DNA of 47,889 nt from assembly GCA_040400605.1 (NCBI GenBank), contig JBBAPZ010000008.1:1-47889 (forward strand). The letters are read 5' to 3'. Shown piece after piece: positions 9,551 to 18,990 of the stretch; position 1 is the first letter of the stretch; each line of letters begins with the position of its first letter. The DNA comes from Candidatus Sericytochromatia bacterium. GTDB taxonomy: Bacteria > Cyanobacteriota > Sericytochromatia > S15B-MN24 > JAQBPE01. The notes under the pieces are model-generated. The model saw only the letters and a program-made list of their open reading frames with translations, ran no database searches and was not told the DNA's origin. Both the position numbers and the translations under genes were made by a program.

Positions 9551-10945
9551 TCAACGATCCTCCCTGGTTTGAACCACCAACTTACGCGCACTCACCCAAG
9601 CAAGTTTATTCACCTGCCGACCACGACCAATGGCCAACGCGTCGGCCGGCACATCCTCAGTGATGGTCGAACCAGCCGCAACATAGGCCTCCGAGCCGAT
9701 GGTCAACGGCGCAATCAGATTGGAATTGGATCCTACGAAAGCCCCATCCGAGATAACGGTACGATGCTTGCGCCCCCCGTCATAATTGACTGTGATCACC
9801 CCGCAACCCACGTTCACGCGCTCACCAACCGTCGCATCCCCCAAATAAGCCAAGTGTGCCGCTTTCGTACCTTGTCCCAGCTCGGAATTCTTCACCTCGA
9901 CAAAGTTCCCGAGCCGAACATCCGCGCCAATGCGGGCGTGTCCCCGCAAATGCGCATACGGACCGATCTGCGTACGATCGCCAACCTCCGCATCTACCAA
10001 ATGCGACTGCAACACGGTGACACCATGACCCAACACGACGTTGTGCAGACGACTGTACGCTCCGATGAAGCAGCCCTCACCAACCCGGGTACGGCCACTT
10101 AAACATGTGCCGGGCTCAAGCACCGTATCCACACCAATCTGCACGTCAGGACCAATCCAGCACTGTTCAGGGGACACAATCGTGACTCCCGCGAGCATCC
10201 ATGCTTCATTCGTGCGCCGTTGATACGCCGAAGCAAGCCTCGCAAGTTCAACACGGGTGTTAATCCCCATACCCTCCGTCGCATCCAACAGGCAATGGGC
10301 CACAACCCCTTGACCCGCGGCAACCAAGGCGGCGATCGCATCTGTCAAGTAATACTCGCCCTGTGCGTTGTCAGCCTTCAAACCCTCCAACGCTGCCTGC
10401 AGTAGCGGCCAATCACATAAATAGGTTCCGAGATTCACTTCTTTAACCCGTCGTTGCGCCTCAGAGGCATCTTTGTGTTCAACAATCCCTGCCACCAACC
10501 CCGCCGAGTCTCGCAATACCCGGCCATATCCCGTCGGGTCGCCCAGTTGGGTCGTCAACAGGCTCAAGGCTGCGCCGTGTGAACGCTTGCAGCCTTCCAG
10601 TTCTTTAAGGGATTCAGGACGCAACAAAGGCACATCGCCCGAAAGAATCAACACCTGCCCCGTGAAGCCTTGTAAGTGGGGTATCACCTGGGCAACCGCA
10701 TGCCCCGTCCCGAGTTGCTCACGCTGCAAGATAGTGCGCACGCCTTGGGGCAAATCCGCTCGAACCTGGTCCGCCCCGTGGCCCACGATGACGAAAACAT
10801 CCGCGACGTCCAGCGCGGACAAGCCCCGCAACACGTGTCCAAGCAGGGACACCCCGGCAATCTCATGCAACACCTTGGGCCGGGACGACTTCATACGCGT
10901 GCCCTTGCCCGCTGCCATCACGATGGCGACCAACCCGTCTGGCAT
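9551..10945 (-). CDS. glmU: Bifunctional UDP-GlcNAc pyrophosphorylase / glucosamine-1-phosphate N-acetyltransferase
   Basis: AAGKGTRMKS..PKVLH, QLGTGHAV, GDVPL, NAQGEYYLTD, hexapeptide repeats, GNFVEVKN, HLAYLGDA, NYDG. Start placed at ATG 10945 (MPDGLVAIV). Confidence 0.98.
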   Translation of the reverse strand: MPDGLVAIVMAAGKGTRMKSSRPKVLHEIAGVSLLGHVLRGLSALDVADVFVIVGHGADQVRADLPQGVRTILQREQLGTGHAVAQVIPHLQGFTGQVLILSGDVPLLRPESLKELEGCKRSHGAALSLLTTQLGDPTGYGRVLRDSAGLVAGIVEHKDASEAQRRVKEVNLGTYLCDWPLLQAALEGLKADNAQGEYYLTDAIAALVAAGQGVVAHCLLDATEGMGINTRVELARLASAYQRRTNEAWMLAGVTIVSPEQCWIGPDVQIGVDTVLEPGTCLSGRTRVGEGCFIGAYSRLHNVVLGHGVTVLQSHLVDAEVGDRTQIGPYAHLRGHARIGADVRLGNFVEVKNSELGQGTKAAHLAYLGDATVGERVNVGCGVITVNYDGGRKHRTVISDGAFVGSNSNLIAPLTIGSEAYVAAGSTITEDVPADALAIGRGRQVNKLAWVSARKLVVQTREDR

Positions 10946-10994
10946 GCCGTTGTCACCCCGCTTGCGCAACACCCCCGCCCACCGATCAGACGTC

Positions 10995-11003
10995 ATTATA
11001 TCA
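10995..11003 (-). promoter_or_regulatory. Extended -10 promoter for the glmU-prs-pth operon
   Basis: Minus-strand TGATATAAT, a perfect TGnTATAAT, about 50 nt upstream of the glmU ATG. Confidence 0.7.
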
Positions 11004-11089
11004 CCACCCGTCGTTTCACGTGGGGCTCGACAGGTAAACGAACGAACCCTGAGAAGATAAATGCAATGGATCGACGCGGTATCCTGAGG

Positions 11090-11095
11090 TATAAT
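11090..11095 (+). promoter_or_regulatory. -10 element for the divergent opp operon
   Basis: Perfect TATAAT about 90 nt upstream of oppD. The -35 at 17-bp spacing is weak (TGGATC). Confidence 0.55.
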
Positions 11096-11184
11096 GTGCG
11101 CTCGTACCGGCAGTCTGCAAATTTTCACTGGTCAAGTGTCCTCGGCCCCCCTCATCAAGTGCATCGTGGCAATGGGAGCGAAGC

Positions 11185-12165
11185 GTGGCGGAACCCATTT
11201 TGAAAGTCTCGGGTCTGCGCACCCACTTCCATACCGACGAGGGTGTCGTCAAGGCAGTGGATGGGGTTGATTTCGAGGTGCCACGCGGTGGGATTCTTGG
11301 AATCGTGGGTGAGTCCGGGTGTGGCAAGAGCATCACGGCCCTGTCGATCATGCGTTTGGTCGCTGAGCCGCAAGGTCGCATCGTGGATGGGCAGATTCTG
11401 TTTAACGGTCAGGATTTGCTGAAATTGGACGCACAAGCCATGCGTCGGATTCGAGGCAATCGAATCGCCTTGATTTCGCAAGACCCGATGACATCCTTGA
11501 ATCCTGTATTCACAGTGGGTGACCAGATTATGGAAGCCATCATGCTGCACCAAGGTCTGGGTCGTTTTAACGCACGCAAACGGGCGATCGAGATGCTGGA
11601 ACGAGTCGGCATCCCGAGTGCGTGGACGCGCATAGATGATTACCCGCATCAGTTTTCGGGCGGGATGCGTCAGCGGGTAGTCATTGCGATGGCGTTGTCT
11701 TGTGAGCCGGATCTACTAATTGCGGATGAGCCCACGACTGCGCTGGATGTGACGATTCAGGCGCAAATTCTTGACTTGATGCGCGATATACGGGATCGCA
11801 ACAATGCGGCGGTGATAATGATCACCCACGACCTTGGCGTTGTCGCGGAGCTATGTGACAAAGTCGCCGTGATGTATGCCGGCAAGGTGGTTGAATACAC
11901 GGATGTGTATACGATTTTTGCCAACCCCCGACATCCCTACACCCAAGGTTTGCTGCAGTCCATCCCGCAGTTGGGGGGATTGCAGGCGCGCCTGACGCCA
12001 ATCGATGGGCAACCACCGAGTTTGTCGAAGTTACCGCCCGGTTGTGCGTTTGCGCCGCGCTGTCCGCACGCGTGGGTGAAGTGTCATGAAGCGCCGCGGC
12101 TGGATAATGTGGAGGCGCAACACCTGGTGCGTTGCTGGCTCACGAAGGAAAAGGAGCTTCGATAG
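11185..12165 (+). CDS. oppD: Oligopeptide/dipeptide ABC transporter ATP-binding subunit
   Basis: [39 protein letters not shown]-terminal HPYT...GCAFAPRC...C...RC Fe-S domain. Confidence 0.93.
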   Translation: MAEPILKVSGLRTHFHTDEGVVKAVDGVDFEVPRGGILGIVGESGCGKSITALSIMRLVAEPQGRIVDGQILFNGQDLLKLDAQAMRRIRGNRIALISQDPMTSLNPVFTVGDQIMEAIMLHQGLGRFNARKRAIEMLERVGIPSAWTRIDDYPHQFSGGMRQRVVIAMALSCEPDLLIADEPTTALDVTIQAQILDLMRDIRDRNNAAVIMITHDLGVVAELCDKVAVMYAGKVVEYTDVYTIFANPRHPYTQGLLQSIPQLGGLQARLTPIDGQPPSLSKLPPGCAFAPRCPHAWVKCHEAPRLDNVEAQHLVRCWLTKEKELR

Positions 12166-13191
12166 ATGTCTGATTACCTTCTGGAAGTTCGCGACTTGGT
12201 CAAAGCGTTCCCGATTACGCGGGGGGTGCTGTTCCAGCGACAGGTCGGTGCGGTTCACGCCGTCAATGGTCTTGATTTCGGGATCAAGCGCGGAGAAACC
12301 TTGGGGCTTGTGGGCGAGTCAGGGTGTGGCAAATCGACCACAGGACGTTTGATTTTGCGTTTGCTCGAACCGACGCGGGGGCAAGTGTTGTTTGAAGGGC
12401 GTGATGTCCTGGCGCTTGATAAGCGTGCGATGCGTGAGTTGCGTCGGGACATGCAGATTGTTTTTCAGAACCCCTATGCAAGTCTGGACCCGCGCATGAC
12501 CGTTGGCGACACGATTGCCGAGCCTCTGCGGGTGCATCGGACGCACGTCGGTTCTGCCTTGCACAAGCGGGTGCGGCAATTGTTGGAGCGGGTTGGTTTG
12601 AACCCAAGTTATGCAGATAGGTATCCCCATGAGTTTTCTGGTGGACAACGTCAGCGGATTGGCATTGCACGTGCGTTGGCGATTAACCCGAAATTTGTGG
12701 TGGCGGACGAGCCGGTTTCCGCTTTGGATGTGTCGGTGCAGGCGCAGGTCTTGAATTTACTGGATGACCTGCAAGCGGAGTTGGGATTAACCTATTTGTT
12801 TATCGCGCACAATCTGAGCACGGTCCAGCATATTTCGGATCGCGTGGCCGTGATGTATTTGGGCCACATGATGGAGTTGGCATCTTCCACCGATTTGTAT
12901 GCACAGCCCAAGCACCCGTATACGCAGTCGTTGTTGTCTGCGGTGCCTGTGCCGGATCCGGTTGCGATGAAAGAGCGGGTCAAGCAGCGTGTGGTCTTGC
13001 AGGGTGACATACCCTCGCCAACAAACCCTCCGAGCGGTTGCGTGTTTCACACACGTTGTCCGCTGGCCAAAGACATCTGCCGAGTTGAAAAGCCGGCCTT
13101 CAAGCCGGCGGCGCCCGACCACTACGTGGCGTGTCATTTGGTTGAATCAACGCCTTCCATTGTGGCGGCGGGTGAAATGACGGCGTCGTGA
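12166..13191 (+). CDS. oppF: Oligopeptide/dipeptide ABC transporter ATP-binding subunit
   Basis: [60 protein letters not shown]. Confidence 0.93.
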   Translation: MSDYLLEVRDLVKAFPITRGVLFQRQVGAVHAVNGLDFGIKRGETLGLVGESGCGKSTTGRLILRLLEPTRGQVLFEGRDVLALDKRAMRELRRDMQIVFQNPYASLDPRMTVGDTIAEPLRVHRTHVGSALHKRVRQLLERVGLNPSYADRYPHEFSGGQRQRIGIARALAINPKFVVADEPVSALDVSVQAQVLNLLDDLQAELGLTYLFIAHNLSTVQHISDRVAVMYLGHMMELASSTDLYAQPKHPYTQSLLSAVPVPDPVAMKERVKQRVVLQGDIPSPTNPPSGCVFHTRCPLAKDICRVEKPAFKPAAPDHYVACHLVESTPSIVAAGEMTAS

Positions 13192-14858
13192 TGTTGGTCA
13201 ATCGTGTCGCGGCCTTAGGAATCGGATTGGTGGTTGCCTGGCTTTGTCTGGATGGGTGTGCAGGGCAAAAACAGTTACAAAACAATGGTTTAACGATTAT
13301 TTTTCATCAACAGCAGGAACCGGATGCACTGAATGCGATGATTTCCGATATGGTGGCGACCAGCGATGCGGTCAGGCCGATCCAGGAGGGGCTTGTCGCG
13401 GTCGACGATCAGTTGCGGGTTGTGCCAGTATTGGCGACAGTGGTGCCTTCAGTTGAAAATGGTCTGGTCAAAGCCTTGCCCAAAGGGCAAGGTATGGTGG
13501 TGACCTGGCCTTTGAGAAGAGGGGTGACTTGGCACGATGGCAAGCCGTTCACATCTGATGATGTGTCGTTCACTTACCGGGTGATCATGCACAAAAATAC
13601 CCGGATCGCTACCCGGGACGGTTTTGACAAGATTAGTCGGGTTGAAATTTTAGACCCGTACACGATTCGCTTCACTTTCCGACAAATCTATGCGCCGCAC
13701 GAACTGTTGTGGCACAATACCGGTGCCATTTTGCCCAAACATGTTTTGGAGTCGTACATTCAGGATCCTGACGGCGATTCAATCAACAAAGCGCCATTCA
13801 ACCGACATCCGGTTGGTACGGGACCCTTTAAGTTCAAAGAGTGGGTGTCTGGTGACCACATCACCATGGTGGCTAATGAGCGGTATTGGCGGGGTCGTCC
13901 GAAGGTGGATGCACTGACGATGCGCATTGTGCCGGATGAAAATGCGGCGTTTACGTTGTTGAAGTCCGGGGAGCTCGATCTTTATCAGAGTGCGAGCATC
14001 AATCAGTTTTCGGCGCTCAAGAAGCTTGATCACGTGCGTTTGTCAGCGATGCCGTCATTGACGTGGGAGCACTTGGACTTTAATTTGGGGTTGCCGATTT
14101 TTCAGGATTTGCGGGTGCGACGGGCGATTGCTTATGCGATCGATAAAGAGCAAATCTCATCCAAAATTTACCACGGGCTGTACGCGGTTGCGCACTCTGA
14201 TCTCGCGCCACTCAGCTGGGCCTATAACCGTTCCGTTGAAAACCGTTATCCCCATAACCCGGCTCAGGCACGGCGCCTGCTGGATGAAGCGGGTTGGCAT
14301 CCCGGGTTGGATGGCATCCGGGTCAAAGATGGCAAGCGTTTCAGCATTCGCATATCGACGACTGCAGGACGCAAAACCCGCGAATTGACAGAACTGGTCT
14401 TGAAACATTACCTCAAAAAAGTGGGGATCGAACTGGTAATCGACAACGCACCGGGTGCGATCCTGTTTGGTCCTTACCCGACGGGTATTTTAAAGGGGCT
14501 TAAGTTTGAAATGGCCATGTCAGCTTGGTCGGCGGCGCCTGATCCGGACAATTTTTCACTGTGGCACAGCAGCCAGATTCCGCCAAATGGGCAGAATCAT
14601 GTGCAGTTTCGGGATGCCGAGTTAGATCAGTTGTTGACTGACGGCACACGTAGCTTGCGACGGGATGAGCGCCGTCGCATTTATCAGCGCGCCGCGGAGA
14701 TTTTAGCGGACAAACTCCCGATGATACCGTTGCTTTACTGGTCACAACTGGATCCCATCAACGTGCGTGTGCGTCATTTCAAACCCAATCCCAGCAGCAT
14801 GGGCAATATGTGGAACTGCTATGAATGGGAAGTGGATACGGCTGCGGCAGGTCGCTGA
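13188..14858 (+). CDS. Peptide ABC transporter substrate-binding lipoprotein (family 5, AppA/OppA-like)
   Basis: Lipobox [47 protein letters not shown]. Confidence 0.92.
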   Translation: MMLVNRVAALGIGLVVAWLCLDGCAGQKQLQNNGLTIIFHQQQEPDALNAMISDMVATSDAVRPIQEGLVAVDDQLRVVPVLATVVPSVENGLVKALPKGQGMVVTWPLRRGVTWHDGKPFTSDDVSFTYRVIMHKNTRIATRDGFDKISRVEILDPYTIRFTFRQIYAPHELLWHNTGAILPKHVLESYIQDPDGDSINKAPFNRHPVGTGPFKFKEWVSGDHITMVANERYWRGRPKVDALTMRIVPDENAAFTLLKSGELDLYQSASINQFSALKKLDHVRLSAMPSLTWEHLDFNLGLPIFQDLRVRRAIAYAIDKEQISSKIYHGLYAVAHSDLAPLSWAYNRSVENRYPHNPAQARRLLDEAGWHPGLDGIRVKDGKRFSIRISTTAGRKTRELTELVLKHYLKKVGIELVIDNAPGAILFGPYPTGILKGLKFEMAMSAWSAAPDPDNFSLWHSSQIPPNGQNHVQFRDAELDQLLTDGTRSLRRDERRRIYQRAAEILADKLPMIPLLYWSQLDPINVRVRHFKPNPSSMGNMWNCYEWEVDTAAAGR

Positions 14859-14867
14859 GGAGGTTTT

Positions 14868-15896
14868 TTGGGACGCTACATCCTTCGTCGCGTGTTGCTG
14901 GCGCTCCCTTTATTGCTTGGCGTGTCGTTCATCCTGTACGTCTTGATGCGTTTGGCACCAGGCGGACCTGAAGCCGTTTACGGACAAAATCCGCACGTGC
15001 GCGCAGAGGACTTGGCTCGCATTCGTGAACAAATGGGCTTGAATGACCCCATCATTGTGGCGTATGCCAAGTGGTTATGGGCTTTTTTGCGAGGCAACAT
15101 GGGTTTTTCACTGTTCACGGGGCGCCCGGTCGTGGCAATGCTGGGCGACCACGTGCCCAACACCTTTCTCTTGATGGGCGCGTCCCTCTTGTTCTCTGTG
15201 TCGATGGGAGTCTTGTTTGGTGTGATCTCCGCTGTCCGTCAATATTCCTGGTTTGATTACGGTGTCACAACCTTTGCTTTCTTCGGTTATTCGATGCCAA
15301 CATTTTGGTTCGGTATTGTTTTGATGATGGTATTGGCTGCCAATGATTATTCGTTCGCTCTGGGTGGCTACCATTATGAAACGGGTCACTGGTTGCCTGC
15401 CGCCGGCATGTTTGGTGCCAGTTTTGATGGGAATCTGATCGATTGGTTGCGATCGCCAACGTGGGTGGGTACTTGCGACCTCGGCGCACACCTGGTGATG
15501 CCGGTCCTGGTGTTAAGCATCGTCAGCATCGCCTCATGGAGCCGCTACGCACGCTCCAGCATGCTCGAAGTCATTCGCGCCGATTACGTCCGGATGGCGC
15601 GTGCAAAGGGGCTTTCAGAATTTCGCGTCATTGCCAGACACGCTTTACGTAATGCCATGATTCCAATCGTTACCTTGGTGGCGCTGGCTTTGCCCGCACT
15701 ATTTGCGGGAGCGACCATCACGGAGCAGATTTTTGCCTGGCCGGGTGTTGGACGGTTATTCATTGATTCTTTGGGCAAGTCTGACTACCCCGTGGTGATG
15801 GCCATTATGTTCATTTCGGCGATACTTGTCATACTGGGCAATATTTTGGCGGATATCCTGTATGGGTTGCTGGACCCACGCATCCGTTTCGAATGA
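14868..15896 (+). CDS. oppB: Peptide ABC transporter permease
   Basis: YILRR..., RYARSSMLEVIRADYVRMARAKGL, HALRNA, EQIFAWPGVG, DILYGLLDPRIR. TTG start with a GAGGAGG SD. Confidence 0.93.
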   Translation: MGRYILRRVLLALPLLLGVSFILYVLMRLAPGGPEAVYGQNPHVRAEDLARIREQMGLNDPIIVAYAKWLWAFLRGNMGFSLFTGRPVVAMLGDHVPNTFLLMGASLLFSVSMGVLFGVISAVRQYSWFDYGVTTFAFFGYSMPTFWFGIVLMMVLAANDYSFALGGYHYETGHWLPAAGMFGASFDGNLIDWLRSPTWVGTCDLGAHLVMPVLVLSIVSIASWSRYARSSMLEVIRADYVRMARAKGLSEFRVIARHALRNAMIPIVTLVALALPALFAGATITEQIFAWPGVGRLFIDSLGKSDYPVVMAIMFISAILVILGNILADILYGLLDPRIRFE

Positions 15897-15913
15897 CATC
15901 ATCGGTCTAAGGG

Positions 15914-16834
15914 GTGGGTACCATGACAGGGCTCTTCGAACAACGGGTTGAAACTGACGCAGACATAGCGCCTCCGAAAGGCTATTGGACCGGCGTGTGG
16001 CGTCGTTTTTGCAAGCATCGATTGGCCGTAGCAGGTTTGGTGGTTTTATTGCTTCTATCCGTCGCCTGTTGGCTGGGACCGGTCGTCATTCCGTTTCAGT
16101 TCGACGACCTCGACCTGGACCATACCCGAGCGCTTTTTTCGTGGCAACACCCACTCGGTACCGACGAACTCGGACAAGACACACTCGTGCGCTTGTTATA
16201 TGCGGGACGGGTGTCGATGACAGTGGGCGTCGCCGCGGCCTTGGTCGGCGTCCTGGTTGGTGCTTTGATCGGAGCTTTGGCGGGGTATTACGGGCGCACC
16301 CTGGATGGTTTTTTGATGCGCTTGGCGGATATGATGCTGTCAGTACCGGTGCTGATGCTGATCATGGTTTTATCGACCTTCCTGAAAGATCGTGCCTTTC
16401 CTGGTGGGCAAATCGGCATCATCGTTTTTATTCTGGGACTGACGGGCTGGATGACGGTCTCCCGTTTGGTTCGGGCGGAGTTTCTCTCTTTGCGGGAGCA
16501 AGAATTCATCGACGCGGCCCGCGCCTGTGGCCTGAATGACGCACAAATCATTTTGCGTCATCTCATTCCGAACGCACTCGCGCCGATTTTCGTGGCTGCG
16601 ACCCTGGGTGTCGCAGATGCCATCATGATGGAATCCGCCCTATCGTTTCTCGGGTTCGGCATTCAACCGCCGGTACCAACCTGGGGCAACATGCTAACCA
16701 ATGCCCAGCAATATATGATTGACACACCTTGGCTGGCCATCTATCCGGGCGTGCTCATCTTCTTGACAACGGTCAGCGTCAATTATGTTGGCGATGGTTT
16801 GCGTGACGCACTCGACCCCAAGTTAAAACGCTGA
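15914..16834 (+). CDS. oppC: Peptide ABC transporter permease
   Basis: HPLGTDELGQD, RLVRAEFLSLREQEFIDAAR, RHLIPN, ESALSFLGFG, GDGLRDALDP. Confidence 0.93.
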   Translation: MGTMTGLFEQRVETDADIAPPKGYWTGVWRRFCKHRLAVAGLVVLLLLSVACWLGPVVIPFQFDDLDLDHTRALFSWQHPLGTDELGQDTLVRLLYAGRVSMTVGVAAALVGVLVGALIGALAGYYGRTLDGFLMRLADMMLSVPVLMLIMVLSTFLKDRAFPGGQIGIIVFILGLTGWMTVSRLVRAEFLSLREQEFIDAARACGLNDAQIILRHLIPNALAPIFVAATLGVADAIMMESALSFLGFGIQPPVPTWGNMLTNAQQYMIDTPWLAIYPGVLIFLTTVSVNYVGDGLRDALDPKLKR

Positions 16835-16981
16835 ACGGCTGGATCGATGGCTGTTGGCCGTCCATCGCGTTCACAACGGAAACATGTTCAGCGAAACTGA
16901 TGGTTGTACGGGTTCGGTGGTTATCAACCGTGGCAGAAACGGGTATGACAGTGGGGTGGCACCCCGACGCGGGCCCAAGAC

Positions 16982-17011
16982 TCGACAAAGCCGTCGCTTG
17001 ATAGCTATGAT
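16982..17011 (+). promoter_or_regulatory. Sigma70-like promoter for the C26 hydrolase gene
   Basis: TCGACA (16982-16987), 18-bp spacer, TATGAT (17006-17011). Confidence 0.5.
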
Positions 17012-17070
17012 CACAAAATCACCCGAGGGCTGGCGTGCCGCTTATGAGGGTGTCAATTCAAGGAGGATGT

Positions 17071-17862
17071 GTGGCCATCTTGATCGGTTTGACCGGAAAC
17101 AGCGAGGGGATGTCCGGGAATGCCACAAGCAGCGATTTCAGTGGCTTTGGCGTTCGTCCGCCGCTGTATCTCATCTCGCAGGACTATTGCAAGGCGATCA
17201 TCGCTGCGGGTGCCATTCCGGTATTTATTCCGCCAATCGAACCCGCCAGCATCGCGGGTTTGCTGGACAGTTTGCACGGAATCTTGTTTACGGGGGGCGT
17301 AGACATTCATCCCCAGGAATATCAAGAACAGCCTCATCCGCTACTGGGTGATGTTGACCTCGAACGCGACCGGTTTGAAATGGCATTATTCAAATACGTC
17401 TGGGAACAGACCAACCTACCGATTTTGGGTGTCTGTCGCGGCCTTCAAGTGATGAACGTGGCGTTGGGTGGAACCTTGTGGCAAGACTTGCCCAGCCAAA
17501 GACCCTCTCACGTTCACCATTCACAACGCGACCATCGGTACAAAGCGGTGCATCCGGTAAAGATTGATGCGGAATCACACTTGGGTGGATTATTACCCAA
17601 GGTGATCGCCGTCAATAGCCTTCACCACCAAGGGATCAAGGAACTGGCCGACGGCTTGCGACCCAGTGCGTGGAGTCCGGATGGACTCGTCGAAGCCATT
17701 GAGGCGATTGAACACCCGTGCCGCATGGCGGTGCAATGGCACCCTGAAAACCTGGTCGGAAGCTATCCAGAGTTCTCACGACTCTTTGACACTTTGATCG
17801 CTCATGCGACAGCAATACGGGAAGCGCGTTTGGCCAAGGCCACCCAGACTCACGCGGTGTGA
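17071..17862 (+). CDS. Gamma-glutamyl-gamma-aminobutyrate hydrolase family (peptidase C26, PuuD-like glutamine amidotransferase)
   Basis: LFTGGVDIHP, ERDRFE, ILGVCRGLQVMNVALGGTL (nucleophile Cys), VNSLHHQ, AVQWHPE. GTG start at 17071 after AGGAGG. Confidence 0.92.
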   Translation: MAILIGLTGNSEGMSGNATSSDFSGFGVRPPLYLISQDYCKAIIAAGAIPVFIPPIEPASIAGLLDSLHGILFTGGVDIHPQEYQEQPHPLLGDVDLERDRFEMALFKYVWEQTNLPILGVCRGLQVMNVALGGTLWQDLPSQRPSHVHHSQRDHRYKAVHPVKIDAESHLGGLLPKVIAVNSLHHQGIKELADGLRPSAWSPDGLVEAIEAIEHPCRMAVQWHPENLVGSYPEFSRLFDTLIAHATAIREARLAKATQTHAV

Positions 17863-17877
17863 CACGCAGCGTCTTGT

Positions 17878-18441
17878 TCAAAGGCTCATGCGCGCCCCGA
17901 GATAACCACCGTCTGCCCTCCCAGATACCGTGGCTTCCAGGTTAGGTTGCAAGCGGTAAGCGATTTCTGCACCAGAGCTACCCCATCCCAGTCCGGGCAG
18001 CAACTCGGGCGCAACCGTCACGCGCAACAAAAATTGCGGAAACACGGCGTACGCCAAACTAAATCCGGCATAAGCACCAATGGATTGAGGCGTGAAAAGC
18101 GTGCTGAATTGTACGCTGCGAATGCGCGTGCCAACAAGCAATGACACATCAGGCACTCTGCCATCGCGTTCCAGCAAGCGATACAACCAGCGCCCCTCAA
18201 ACATTCGTCCGCCAAAACCGGACTGCTGCGTTGGCAACCCAAACCGACAGCCCGCGCTCCAGTGTTTGGAAGCAGCGACATCCCAAGAAAAATTCAAACC
18301 GTCGTGCGCCGCATCTACCCCGAGGGTGGTTCCAACGGCAAAATCAGCACGCGGAAAGGTACTGGCCTGCACGGGCGATACCGTGCAGACCAAATTGAGT
18401 CCGATCGGAACGATTAGCGCCACAACACGTTTTGACGCCAT
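17878..18441 (-). CDS. Secreted hypothetical protein, probably a small outer-membrane beta-barrel-like protein
   Basis: Signal peptide ending VQA, alternating amphipathic strands (AYAGFSLAY, GAEIAYRL, YLGARMSL at the C-terminus). ATG 18441 follows GGGAG. Confidence 0.55.
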   Translation of the reverse strand: MASKRVVALIVPIGLNLVCTVSPVQASTFPRADFAVGTTLGVDAAHDGLNFSWDVAASKHWSAGCRFGLPTQQSGFGGRMFEGRWLYRLLERDGRVPDVSLLVGTRIRSVQFSTLFTPQSIGAYAGFSLAYAVFPQFLLRVTVAPELLPGLGWGSSGAEIAYRLQPNLEATVSGRADGGYLGARMSL

Positions 18442-18534
18442 ACAACTCCCGAAAAACGTCTGAACAAGCATTGTAAGTGCAGGGTCTATGAATATGTGGG
18501 CGGTTTTTTACAGTCGTCTGAGAATTGAGCGAGT

Positions 18535-18864
18535 TTACTTATCGAAGTCGATGGTGATCTTTTCAGGCTCGGGTGTGCTCTGGGCGGTCGGTGTCGGCTT
18601 CTGGCCCGGTTGCCATTTCTCGTTCAATTCGAGCATAAATTGCGTTGCCAGTGAAAATACGTCCTTGGCTTTGGTCTCAGCTTGCAGCGTGACGTCTTGA
18701 ATGTTTTTCTGGACATCGCCCGGTTGAAAGCCCGGGGCGCGCATAAAGCCTTCCAGTTCGGTACGAACCAGGCGAACACCCATCTCGGCGGTCTCAAGTG
18801 CCTGTTTGGCTAATTTTTCGGCACTGTCACGCAGTTCTTCAACTTTTTGTGGATCCGTCGGCAC
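18535..18864 (-). CDS. Small amphipathic helical protein (109 aa), possibly phasin-like
   Basis: Strong GGGAGG SD before GTG 18864. Helical E/K/A/L-rich body, Pro/Thr linker and EKITIDFDK tail. The track start at 19260 overlaps the GH38 gene and is rejected. Confidence 0.65.
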   Translation of the reverse strand: MPTDPQKVEELRDSAEKLAKQALETAEMGVRLVRTELEGFMRAPGFQPGDVQKNIQDVTLQAETKAKDVFSLATQFMLELNEKWQPGQKPTPTAQSTPEPEKITIDFDK

Positions 18865-18903
18865 GATCGATTTCCTCCCTGACAAATGCAAAACACTGAA
18901 GAC

Positions 18904-18924
18904 AATGTACCACAGTGGGGTACA
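18904..18924. promoter_or_regulatory. Extended -10 (minus) overlapped by a TGTACC-N7-GGTACA palindrome between divergent genes
   Basis: Minus-strand TGGTACATT at 18912-18904. Palindrome arms at 18906-18911 and 18919-18924. Confidence 0.45.
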
Positions 18925-18990
18925 AACAGTGTGGTTCGTCACACGATGCACCACATATGATCGGTATGAGCCCGAAAGGAGTCGGGAAAA

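Noticed and set aside
10946..11128. 61-aa N-terminal extension of GlmU
   Set aside because: It spans the divergent promoter region. Family similarity starts at MPDGLVAIV.
18907..18923. NtcA box upstream of the GH38 gene
   Set aside because: The spacing is GTA-N11-TAC, not GTA-N8-TAC.
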